Shown: positions 21,468 to 30,131, counted from the first letter of the stretch. The stretch is 64,000 nucleotides of DNA from an uncultured bacterium (GCA_937996685.1 CALKUP010000015.1:71900-135899), one strand, 5' to 3'. The notes: generated by a model from the sequence alone, not told the origin. Numbers and translations: made by a program.

Positions 21468-21914
21468 TTATTTCATTGCGTTTAATAAAACGCTTCGCAA
21501 TTCTGTTCGAGTGAAAATTCCGAGGAGCTTCCCATCTTCAAGCACTGGAACGACATATAAATCGTTATGCAAAAAGTCTGCGATAATTGTCATCACATCG
21601 GCGTCTTTTGTGACAGACAAAAAATCAGTTCGCATCACATCGCCAACGGTTTTTGTTGCAACACTTTTCGCTTCTTCTGTAAAAAACTCTGGAGTAAACA
21701 TTGCAGCAGCAAGCGCTTCATTACTCTTAAATGAAGGCGGCACAACTGCAGCAGCGATATCTTGGACTGATACCAAACCTTGTACACTTCCATTTGTATC
21801 AACAACCACAAAGGCATTGTGGTGTTCGTCAACCATTTTTTGCGCGACATCACGGAGAGTCATTTCAGCAGAGACTGTTGAAACACCGGTTTTGTACAAA
21901 GCTTCGATTGTCAT
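21468..21914 (-). CDS. CBS-pair domain protein
   Basis: 148 aa; two CBS motifs (e.g. VVDTNGSVQGLVSVQDI); same size class as ligand-sensing CBS proteins. Confidence 0.7.
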   Translation of the reverse strand: MTIEALYKTGVSTVSAEMTLRDVAQKMVDEHHNAFVVVDTNGSVQGLVSVQDIAAAVVPPSFKSNEALAAAMFTPEFFTEEAKSVATKTVGDVMRTDFLSVTKDADVMTIIADFLHNDLYVVPVLEDGKLLGIFTRTELRSVLLNAMK

Positions 21915-22061
21915 AGAATAAGCGCATTTCGCGCGATTAAAAATAATAAAGAGTGTTTAAATAATGCAAATTGATTGGGGATCAAAAGAGAAAATGCAAA
22001 CGTTAGAAATACTACTCCCACAAAAAACAGCCGTCAAGAGATTTTGACGGCGTGCGGTGGA

Positions 22062-22532
22062 TTAATATTCAACGCCTAAAATATCGGCCATTGCATGTTT
22101 GATTTCTGAACGAGACAGGAGTCCAACAACTTCACGTTGTTTGTTGATCACTGGCACATAACGGACATGTTTTTTTGATGCCATTGCGGCCGCTCGAACA
22201 AGTGGCGCGTCTTCATCAATCACACATCCTTCAACAGATGTAGTCATTTCTGAAATTGGCGCATCTGCCGCTTCTTTGACGGTCATTGCGAATGATTCGT
22301 CGTTCACAAATGTCGCGAGACTTGGATTGCTAATCAAATATTGTGGCATTAATGCGTTCATCATGTGAAATGAATCAATCACTCCCACGACTTCATTCTC
22401 AGCATTTGTTACCACTAAGCCATTTGTTTTTGCTTGCACCATCATTGCGAGCGCCTCTCGAAACGTCGTTGTTTCAGGAATTGTCACAATTTGTGTCCGC
22501 ATATATTGCTTTACTGTCATATATTTCATCAA
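22062..22532 (-). CDS. CBS-pair domain protein
   Basis: 156 aa; two CBS motifs (VVTNAENEVVGVIDSFHMM..., VINKQREVVGLLSRSEI). Confidence 0.7.
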   Translation of the reverse strand: MMKYMTVKQYMRTQIVTIPETTTFREALAMMVQAKTNGLVVTNAENEVVGVIDSFHMMNALMPQYLISNPSLATFVNDESFAMTVKEAADAPISEMTTSVEGCVIDEDAPLVRAAAMASKKHVRYVPVINKQREVVGLLSRSEIKHAMADILGVEY

Positions 22533-22608
22533 GAAAATAATCTGATTATAGCGATAGTATATATGACTATCCTCTATTCAAGCAATGGAGCTATCTCTCA
22601 GGCAGTCC

Positions 22609-23016
22609 TTATTCTTCATCCTCAAGTGCCTGATCAACAGGTTTTTCAAAGGTTGATTGATGAAATAGCGTAATAATATGATACAAACGAGCAATTTCTT
22701 GAGATAGTAATACATTTCCAGCAGCAGTCAATTGATAGTAGCGACGATTTTGCTCTTGAAAGGTTGGGTATAAATCTGCATCAGCATCATTTGCCACCTC
22801 TTCAATCACCCCTTCATCCAGCATTTTCTTAATTAGTCCATAAACGCTTCCTGGACCGATTTTAATAAGACCGTCTGTGTCTTTTCGGACACGCTGCATA
22901 ATCCCATATCCATGTTTTTTTCCATCACGCATGGTAAACAAAAAATAAAAGACCAAAGGCGTCAACGGCAACCGAATTTTTTCTATTTTTTGCTTCATGT
23001 ACTGTATTATAGGCAC
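22609..23016 (-). CDS. padR: PadR-family transcriptional regulator
   Basis: 135 aa; winged-helix PadR signature (GYGIMQRV...GPGSVYGLIKKM). Confidence 0.75.
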   Translation of the reverse strand: MPIIQYMKQKIEKIRLPLTPLVFYFLFTMRDGKKHGYGIMQRVRKDTDGLIKIGPGSVYGLIKKMLDEGVIEEVANDADADLYPTFQEQNRRYYQLTAAGNVLLSQEIARLYHIITLFHQSTFEKPVDQALEDEE

Positions 23017-23045
23017 CTCAAAACGGTTGTCTAGTGGAGTATATC

Positions 23046-23185
23046 AACTTTGATATATATAGTATATCAGAAAAAAAATACATATTTTACTGTAATCGTT
23101 TTATTTCACTTTTTTTATTAAAAACCCTTTGTTTTAGATATATCGATGTTTGATATATATCTATATTTTTTATTGATATACATGT
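23046..23185. promoter_or_regulatory. Cluster of TGATATA-type inverted repeats in the padR/kup intergenic region (candidate PadR operators)
   Basis: TGATATAtatagTATATCA (23048..23066); AGATATAT-N11-ATATATCT (23127..23153); ttgatatacatgtg (23172..23185). Confidence 0.4.
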
Positions 23186-23207
23186 GTAAAATTATACTTT
23201 TTTTTGA

Positions 23208-23236
23208 TTGACATGACCTATCGCGGGGTATAAATT
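23208..23236 (+). promoter_or_regulatory. Sigma70-like promoter for the second kup (TTGACA, 16-17 nt spacer, TATAAAT)
   Basis: Read directly from the sequence; it would give a 5'UTR of about 350 nt that covers the conserved leader. Confidence 0.45.
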
Positions 23237-23350
23237 TTGCTCGAAATTGAATGGAAAGTTTCCATTATAAGCGTACTTCCTAGAGAAATTGCAATACCAT
23301 TTTGTTGCTCGATTTGCCCTGAAAAGAAAGACGCGTTTTTTACACCTTCT

Positions 23351-23592
23351 CTTCCTTACCATGGCCGATCGAACAACGTGCACATTCACATGAATGAATC
23401 GTTGTTTGTCGAACAAACGACAAAAACCTACAACGCGCAAGAGGCCTTAACCACTATTAGCGCTAGTGGACGGAGAACACACGGACCAAAAATCTGTGCG
23501 TAGGCGATGGTTGTCAGCGGCGGGTGCCGTTTGACCATATCGTCTTTGATCGCGTCGGCAAGTGCCACGTGACCTTCGTTGGGAAAATACAG
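23351..23592 (+). promoter_or_regulatory. Conserved kup leader, copy 2 (blocks A and B)
   Basis: See copy 1; ends immediately at ATG 23593. Confidence 0.6.
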
Positions 23593-25752
23593 ATGGACAG
23601 ACTCAAATCGTGGCTTGGGTGGCTCGCAAAGCTTCCAAGTTCCTGCAAGGTCCTCTTCTTCGCCGTTCTTGCGGCGTTGAAGGTGGCCGCAATCATCCTC
23701 GAGAAGAGGACGAGGTCGCTCGTCATTGCGACCTGGAACGGGCTGATGACCTATGTCTTCTGGTCTGAAGATGCTGCACCTCAGCAGGCAAAAGACGGTC
23801 ACGGCCATCACCCGGAAACGGGGTGGTTCAGCCTTCGCACACTCTGGAATTCGTTGAGCGCACTCGGCATCGTCTACGGCGATATCGGCACGAGCCCGCT
23901 CTACGCTCTGCGAGCCGCACTTGGCTGGTTCAGGGACTCGTCCGGAGTTGTGAGCGGACATCGAGTTCCGATCATCTTGGACAACGTCCTTGGCGTCGTC
24001 TCCTTGATCAACTGGACGCTGCTCATCGTTGTGACCCTGAAGTACGTGGCGTTTGTCCTCCGCGCTGACAATCGCGGCGAGGGCGGCATCATGTCGCTGA
24101 TGGTTCTCGTGACCAGCACCTTGAAACGGCGCGGCTACATGCTCGCGATGACCGGAGCAACGCTCGCTGGCGTCTTCGGCTCGGCCCTGATCTACGGCGA
24201 CGGTGTTCTGACTCCCGCAGTCAGCGTCCTCGCCGCTGTTGAGGGCCTTGGAACAGCCTACCCAATCCTCAGCTTCGTGGTGGTTCCGCTGGCCTGCCTG
24301 ATCCTGATCGGGCTGTTCAGTGTTCAGTCGAAGGGCACCGGCAAAGTCGGCAAGATCTTCGGGCCGATCATGCTGCTCTGGTTCCTCTTCCTTGGGGGTG
24401 AAGGGCTCTATAACATTCTGGTCTACAAGCCGGAGATGTTGTATGCCCTGAGCCCGGTGTACGCGATCAAGTTCCTGATCGCAAACCCGCTCCTCGGAAG
24501 CTCGGTCATGGGCGGTGTGTTCCTGGTGGCAACCGGTGGCGAAGCACTCTACGCCGACATGGGCCACTTCGGCCCCAAGGCTATCAGGATCGCATGGATG
24601 TTCGTCGTCGCCCCAAGTCTGATGCTTCAGTACATGGGACAAGGCGCGATCGTTCTCGTGAACCCAGAAGCGAAGTTCGACCCGTTCTTCGCCGCTGTTC
24701 ATCTCGAGGGAGAAGCGCTCGCGGTGTTCGTCATCTTCCCGACGATCGCGACGATCATCGCGTCTCAGGCTCTGATCTCCGGTGTGTTCTCGCTGACGGC
24801 GCAGGCAATCCAGCTTGGTCTGCTTCCGCGCATGCCGGTGTATCACACCGACGCGAACGAGCGTGGCCAGATCTATGTCCCGGTGATCAACTGGGTTGTC
24901 TGCCTGATGGTCATACTGACCGTCATTGGTTTCGGCAGCTCGGGTGCACTTGAGTCGGCCTACGGCATCGCCGTCTCTCTGTGCATGCTCTTCACGACGG
25001 GCCTGATGATGTTCGCCAGCTTCTACCTCTGGCACTGGCGTGCTTGGGTGGTTGCGGCAGTCTGGGGTCCAATCCTCATCCTCGAAACGTTCTTCGTCTA
25101 CGCAAACGGCCAGAAGATCGCTCACGGCGGGTGGTATCCGTTGCTCATGGGCGCCGTGCTCTTCACGATCATGACCACCTTCAAGAGGGGTCAGGAGATC
25201 AAGGGCTGGTACATGAGCCGGATGTCTTTGCCGGTTGAGCGCTACCTTGCTGCAGCTCAGGACGCGTTCGTCAACCCAAAAACAGCCATCGCCTTGACAG
25301 CCGCTGCGGACCGCGTTCCGTTGGCGCTGCGGGCGATCCTTCTCGCCCAAAACGTCCGCTACGCACAAACCGTTCTTGCGACGGTCGTCACGGCTGACGA
25401 ACCGTACTGGACCGGAGATCGCGTCACTTGGCGCGACCTCGGCAACGGCATGTGGGAGGCGATCATCCATTACGGCTTCATGGAACAGAGCGCGATCAAT
25501 GTCCCTCTTGCACTGGCGCAGAGCCATGTGCCTGAAGGGGTCGACATCGATGGCATCTACATCCTGGGCCGTGATGCGGTAGTCCCTCATCAGGACGTTG
25601 GCGCGCCTGTTGAAGACGATCAGCCTGCTCCGATGGCCTATTGGCGCGAGAAGCTCTTTGAGCTGATGATCGCCAACGCGCAAAACGCGGTCACCTGGTT
25701 CAAGGTGCCGCCTGGACGCTTCCACCAGATCGGCATTTCGGTTGTGATCTAA
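23593..25752 (+). CDS. kup: KUP/HAK/KT family potassium transporter (copy 2); GC-rich
   Basis: GIVYGDIGTSPLY signature; 719 aa from the ATG that follows the conserved leader (ORF track begins at 23524 inside the leader). Confidence 0.8.
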   Translation: MDRLKSWLGWLAKLPSSCKVLFFAVLAALKVAAIILEKRTRSLVIATWNGLMTYVFWSEDAAPQQAKDGHGHHPETGWFSLRTLWNSLSALGIVYGDIGTSPLYALRAALGWFRDSSGVVSGHRVPIILDNVLGVVSLINWTLLIVVTLKYVAFVLRADNRGEGGIMSLMVLVTSTLKRRGYMLAMTGATLAGVFGSALIYGDGVLTPAVSVLAAVEGLGTAYPILSFVVVPLACLILIGLFSVQSKGTGKVGKIFGPIMLLWFLFLGGEGLYNILVYKPEMLYALSPVYAIKFLIANPLLGSSVMGGVFLVATGGEALYADMGHFGPKAIRIAWMFVVAPSLMLQYMGQGAIVLVNPEAKFDPFFAAVHLEGEALAVFVIFPTIATIIASQALISGVFSLTAQAIQLGLLPRMPVYHTDANERGQIYVPVINWVVCLMVILTVIGFGSSGALESAYGIAVSLCMLFTTGLMMFASFYLWHWRAWVVAAVWGPILILETFFVYANGQKIAHGGWYPLLMGAVLFTIMTTFKRGQEIKGWYMSRMSLPVERYLAAAQDAFVNPKTAIALTAAADRVPLALRAILLAQNVRYAQTVLATVVTADEPYWTGDRVTWRDLGNGMWEAIIHYGFMEQSAINVPLALAQSHVPEGVDIDGIYILGRDAVVPHQDVGAPVEDDQPAPMAYWREKLFELMIANAQNAVTWFKVPPGRFHQIGISVVI

Positions 25753-25895
25753 ACAGCGAGACAATCCCAGGTAGGCGGCGGCAGACCTGCCGCTACCTGG
25801 GACCCTCCGGTCATATCTCTGACAACGATTCATTCAGATCCCTTTGTTCTTTTGTGCCCGCTATGACGTTTGTCTGATGCGGGCTTTTTTCTTAT
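25753..25895. repeat. kup 3' trailer module, copy 2 (hairpin plus terminator)
   Basis: Near-identical to the reverse complement of 12625..12770. Confidence 0.85.
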
Positions 25896-25974
25896 AAAAT
25901 TCCCACTCTTTTTACCTGAACACACAGCAAAAATCAGATTGACAGAAGGGCTATCTCTTTGTATTCTGAGGGCA

Positions 25975-27714
25975 ATGAAACGACAAAAACTCAACCAATG
26001 GTACGCAACGGCAATTTGCGGAAATGACATCATGAGCTCGACTTTATATGTCTCTGGAATTGCCATTATTTTCGCCGGAGCCTATGCGCCACTCGTCCTT
26101 CTCGCTATTGCCTTAGTCTTATTTTTTTACAAAGCCGTTTACACTGAAGTCGTTGAAGCCCTCCCAGTCAACGGCGGCGCCTACAACTGCTTACTCAATG
26201 GGACCTCAAAAACAATTGCGGCCATTGCTGGAATCATGAACTTTTTGTCCTATATCGCAACTGCTGTCTTGTCAGCAAAAGTCGGCATAGGGTATCTGCA
26301 TACAATCGCACCAATGGTGCCAGTAATCCTCGGCACGATCTTGTTATTATTATTCTTTTTATTACTCGTTCTCTCAGGCATTAAACACGCCGCAAAAATT
26401 GCGCTAGTGATTTTCATCTTCCACATTATTACACTCACAACACTGGCAATTGTTGGGACGATCTTTTTCTTGAATGGTCATTCGTATTTCATGGAAAATG
26501 TTGCGTATACAAAAACAATGATGGAAGGTCACGGCGGCCTCTGGATTGGCCTCTACCTCGCATTCTCTGCTTCCCTCCTTGGTGTCTCTGGTTTTGAAAG
26601 TTCAGCAAACTTTGTGGAAGAACAAGGCAAAGGAGTCTTCCGTAAAACCTTACGCAACATGCTGATTGGTGTGGCGATTTTTAACCCACTTATGGCATTA
26701 GTTGTTCTCAACAGCCTGCCATTTGAAGCGATTGTCAACGCAAAGGACTTTTTACTCGCTGACGCTGGTTTGCAGATGGGTGGCGAATTCTTGAAATATA
26801 TGGTCGCTATTGATGCAGCGCTTGTGCTCTCTGGTGCAGTTCTAACGTCGTATGTTGGAGTTAGTGGATTATTGTCTCGCATGACTTTGGACAACTGTCT
26901 GCCAAGCTATTTCGGAAAGATGAACAAACACGGTGCGTACCCTCGTATTCTCATTGCATTTTTCTTACTCTGTGGCGCAATTTTATTAGTGACAAAAGGA
27001 AACCTCTTATCACTGGCTGGTATTTACACTATTGCCTTTTTAGGTGTGATGACACTGTTTGGTATTGGTAATTTAATTTTGCGGCAAACCCGCACAGATC
27101 TGCAGCGTCCATATAAAGCGCCGTTGCTTTTTGTTGGACTTGCGTCAGTTGCGACATTATTTGGAATCATTGGAAATATTCGCATCGACCAAGAAAATCT
27201 CCAATTCTTTGAATTATATTTCATCCCGGCAGTCATCATTGTGTTGATCATGGTCTATCAAGATCACATTACAAAAGCCCTTGTGCGAATCACCGAGCAA
27301 TACACATGGTTGCATGGTATACACCGTTGGTTATTAAAGCACTTCAAAGATCAATCAGAAGGCAATCTTGTGATTTTTATTCATCACGCTGCTCGATTAC
27401 ACGCTGTGCTTGATTATATTAACCGAAATGAAACAAGTGAAAATATCACGATCGTCCACTGCAATGACCCACGAGATATCCTCCAATTAGAGTTTAAAAA
27501 AATCCAAAACATCCTGCCTCTTTTAAAAGAAGTTGGTATGTTTTCTCATTTTACATATCGCTTAGAGTACGTTGAACAAGAGTTCAGCGCACAGGCAATT
27601 GACGCTGTTGTTCGTGATTTAAAAATCAATAAAAATCGTGTCATGATTGGTGCAATCCGTGACTTCAAACGGTTTAATTACGATGAGCTGCGTGGTGTTC
27701 GGGTGATTATTTAA
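25975..27714 (+). CDS. APC-superfamily transporter with a C-terminal cytoplasmic domain, possibly a KimA-like K+ importer
   Basis: About 579 aa from Met 25975; 12 TM followed by a soluble domain of about 170 aa; the neighbourhood is dominated by K+ transporters. Confidence 0.45.
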   Translation: MKRQKLNQWYATAICGNDIMSSTLYVSGIAIIFAGAYAPLVLLAIALVLFFYKAVYTEVVEALPVNGGAYNCLLNGTSKTIAAIAGIMNFLSYIATAVLSAKVGIGYLHTIAPMVPVILGTILLLLFFLLLVLSGIKHAAKIALVIFIFHIITLTTLAIVGTIFFLNGHSYFMENVAYTKTMMEGHGGLWIGLYLAFSASLLGVSGFESSANFVEEQGKGVFRKTLRNMLIGVAIFNPLMALVVLNSLPFEAIVNAKDFLLADAGLQMGGEFLKYMVAIDAALVLSGAVLTSYVGVSGLLSRMTLDNCLPSYFGKMNKHGAYPRILIAFFLLCGAILLVTKGNLLSLAGIYTIAFLGVMTLFGIGNLILRQTRTDLQRPYKAPLLFVGLASVATLFGIIGNIRIDQENLQFFELYFIPAVIIVLIMVYQDHITKALVRITEQYTWLHGIHRWLLKHFKDQSEGNLVIFIHHAARLHAVLDYINRNETSENITIVHCNDPRDILQLEFKKIQNILPLLKEVGMFSHFTYRLEYVEQEFSAQAIDAVVRDLKINKNRVMIGAIRDFKRFNYDELRGVRVII

Positions 27715-27867
27715 CGACGAATTACTCAGGCCCACTGACACACTTTTGTGTCTATTTTGTTATAAAAAGAAAAAACGCGCCGGGAGTCCGAAGACATGGC
27801 GCGTGTTGGTGAGTGTGTTGCGGTTATTTGAACTGCAACCGGCTCTAACCCGAGATCGCGCAGACCC

Positions 27868-28425
27868 TTAGTCTGCTTTTTCGCGACGGAAGTGAACCAC
27901 ATCACCCGAACCACGATAACCACTCGTCTCCACCTCAGGCAGAAGGAGGCAACGAAGAACATGACAAGGGCGCTCAGTGAAGTACGCCATAGCCTTCAGC
28001 ACCGAGCTCGCATCAATTTCCACTACCTCACTCGACTCAAGTCCTCCGATGATTTGATCCAGTGCAGCGCAGACAATTGCGATATCGCACTCACAGAAAT
28101 TGACGAAGCCAAGCAGGGCGATCTTGTGAGCATCTCCCGTCACCCGCTTGGCCACGTGCGGGTACCGCGCAAGAGCCGCACCCACCAAAGGAAGCGTGGA
28201 TGCAAGCTCCTGATACAACTCAATCTGACGCTGGATCGTTTCAGCATTTTCCTGAGGAACCCTTACGCGTAGATCAGGCTCAGTCTTGACGATCTCCTGC
28301 GCCATTTGCAGCTCCTGGAGGGAGTTGAGACCGATGATCCACTTAAAGTAGTCCCAGCCTCGCTCAATCTCATTCTCCTCAGCAAGCACCGCCTGAAGCA
28401 CTTCGATCATTTCAGCCTTGTTCAT
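27868..28425 (-). CDS. Hypothetical protein; GC-rich gene adjacent to the tRNA-Val fragment and gene
   Basis: 185 aa; no recognisable motifs; local GC about 57%. Confidence 0.4.
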   Translation of the reverse strand: MNKAEMIEVLQAVLAEENEIERGWDYFKWIIGLNSLQELQMAQEIVKTEPDLRVRVPQENAETIQRQIELYQELASTLPLVGAALARYPHVAKRVTGDAHKIALLGFVNFCECDIAIVCAALDQIIGGLESSEVVEIDASSVLKAMAYFTERPCHVLRCLLLPEVETSGYRGSGDVVHFRREKAD

Positions 28426-28613
28426 TGCGAACTCCTTCTACATGCTACATGAGGTAGCTTTTGGGTTTGCTCAATTTCACAGACCGCTCAATAAAAAGGT
28501 GCTACATACCGAATTTGAGTGCACATCCTCCTCTCTCAAATTACGCCTCTATAGGATCATGTTACCCCTCTTTTGTCAATACAAAAAAGACCCTACGGGT
28601 CTCCTTTGTTTTT

Positions 28614-28630
28614 GTGGGCGCTGAGGGGCT
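28614..28630 (-). repeat. 17-bp copy of the tRNA-Val 3' end (att-like remnant) preceded by a terminator-like hairpin
   Basis: gtgggcgctgaggggct is identical to 28812..28828 inside tRNA-Val; both copies are preceded by a hairpin plus cctttNtttt. Confidence 0.6.
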
Positions 28631-28809
28631 TTCGCCTCGCTCGCTCACGCTCACTTCGTTGTCCTGGGCAGCGCCAATTTGCCACTGGCAAATCGTCGGC
28701 ATTCACTGCGTCGCGCTCTCGCTTCGCTCGTTGCGCTCCTGGTTCATTTCTGCCCGTTCTCGCCCGTGCAAACCAAAAGAAAAACAGCCCTGAAGGGCTG
28801 CCTTTCTTT

Positions 28810-28886
28810 TGGTGGGCGCTGAGGGGCTCGAACCCCCGACCCCCTCGGTGTAAACGAGGTGCTCTAGCCAACTGAGCTAAGCGCCC
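28810..28886 (-). tRNA. tRNA-Val (anticodon TAC), CCA encoded
   Basis: Manual cloverleaf: GGGCGCT/AGCGCCC acceptor stem, anticodon loop TTTACAC, T-loop TTCGAGC. Confidence 0.8.
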
Positions 28887-28951
28887 AAATATCATGCAAA
28901 ATGCAGTGGATATAGGATAACGCAACTTTTACTTCTTTGCAAGAAGGTTGT

Positions 28952-29036
28952 GCGCGGAAGAGGACTTGAACCTCCACGAGAAAAATTCCCACAGACCCCT
29001 CAAGCCTGCGCGTCTACCAGTTCCGCCACCCGCGCA
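28952..29036 (-). tRNA. tRNA-Leu (anticodon GAG), long variable arm
   Basis: Manual fold: GCGCGGG acceptor stem, D-loop with GGTAGA, anticodon loop TTGAGGG, variable arm of about 17 nt, T-loop TTCAAGT. Confidence 0.7.
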
Positions 29037-29165
29037 TACGGTTTACGGCCTATTTTTCAATAGATTGCAATACATTATGTCTCTTTTTCCCCTTTCTTGT
29101 CAAGAGTCTTGCAACAAAAAACTGGCACATGGCCAGCTTTTTATCAAATCCTTCAAAACACTGTA

Positions 29166-29651
29166 TTAACTTTTGTTTACCAATGTTTCTTTCAAGCGTT
29201 TTCCGTAATCACGGATGAAGAATAATTTTGAACGACGCACTTTCGCAATTTTCACAATCTCAATCTTGTCGATGAGTGGTGATGCAAGTGGGAAAATACG
29301 TTCAACACCGACACCAAAACTCACTTTTCGGACAGTCATTGTTTTTGTTGCTGGTGTTTTACCACGCAATGCCAAGATCATGCCTTGGAATACTTGAATA
29401 CGTTCTTTTTCACCTTCACGAATCTTGAAATGGACACGAATTGTCATTCCTGGGCGCAAATCTTGTTCGTTTTTGAGCTCTTCAGCCGCCAAAGCCTCTT
29501 CTTCTGCTTGTTTTTTTGCAGCTTCTGCTTCAGCCGCAGCACGCTCTTCTTCAGACACGTCAGCGACAACTTCAGCTGTTTCTTCAGCAACAACAGAAGT
29601 CACTTCAGCTGCGACTTCTTCTGATTGTGCCTCTTTTTCTTGTTCAGACAT
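29166..29651 (-). CDS. rplS: 50S ribosomal protein L19 with an acidic Glu/Ala-rich N-terminal extension of about 60 aa
   Basis: C-terminal 100 aa match L19 ([29 protein letters not shown]...). Confidence 0.8.
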   Translation of the reverse strand: MSEQEKEAQSEEVAAEVTSVVAEETAEVVADVSEEERAAAEAEAAKKQAEEEALAAEELKNEQDLRPGMTIRVHFKIREGEKERIQVFQGMILALRGKTPATKTMTVRKVSFGVGVERIFPLASPLIDKIEIVKIAKVRRSKLFFIRDYGKRLKETLVNKS

Positions 29652-29750
29652 AGAATTTCAATAAATTTGATAGCTCACGGAGTATACGAGAAAATACCGT
29701 TGCCGTCAAGGCTTCTGGTCATATTGTCGGCTATTTGCTATCATTTGCCT

Positions 29751-29978
29751 ATGAAATACTTTATTGGATTCCTTATGATCGCAGTCGGCACATTTGAAGT
29801 GATGAAAAGTGACTGGATTATTCGCAATTTTGGCATTATTCCATGGGCGGAAGACAAATTCGGCTCCGGCGGGACATGGACATTCCACAAAATCCTCGGC
29901 ATTTTGATCATTCTCCTCGCTTTCATGCTGATGAGCGGACAAGTCGAAGGCATTCTCCAATTTTTGTTTGTTCGGTAA
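29751..29978 (+). CDS. Small membrane protein (hypothetical)
   Basis: 75 aa from MKYFIGFLMIAVG; two TM helices; upstream part of the track ORF overlaps rplS and is discarded. Confidence 0.35.
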   Translation: MKYFIGFLMIAVGTFEVMKSDWIIRNFGIIPWAEDKFGSGGTWTFHKILGILIILLAFMLMSGQVEGILQFLFVR

Positions 29979-30048
29979 ACAAGGGTAATAATAGATTGTC
30001 TTGACGATATTTGCTGAAAATAGTATACTTTTTTTGCTATAAATTCTG

Positions 30049-30121
30049 GGCCTTTAGCTCATCTGGTAGAGCGCCTGCTTTGCACGCAGGAGGTGGCAGG
30101 TTCGAGTCCTGTAAGGTCCAC
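30049..30121 (+). tRNA. tRNA-Ala (anticodon TGC)
   Basis: Manual fold: GGGCCTT acceptor stem (one G-U pair), anticodon loop TTTGCAC. Confidence 0.75.
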
Positions 30122-30131
30122 AACCATTTTA

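Noticed and set aside
23351-23592. Possibility that the conserved kup leader is a ydaO-type c-di-AMP riboswitch
   Set aside because: By eye none of the ydaO hallmarks are present (no GGGGUGAAUC-like or CCGAC/AGUCCGG cores). It is kept only as a generic candidate regulatory leader.
23428-25833. 801-aa ORF on the minus strand (and similar long ORFs 14130..15227, 13344..14114, 10036..10713, 11313..12041)
   Set aside because: These are antisense shadows of the GC-rich kup/nhaB/secreted-protein genes. High GC suppresses stop codons, and the opposite-strand genes have clear family signatures.
28636-28809. A mini-gene or small RNA in the GC-rich segment between the two tRNA-Val 3'-end copies
   Set aside because: The 170 bp consist of degenerate tcgctc/cgctcac-type repeats without an ORF or a convincing structure. 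Interpreted as a decayed insertion remnant.
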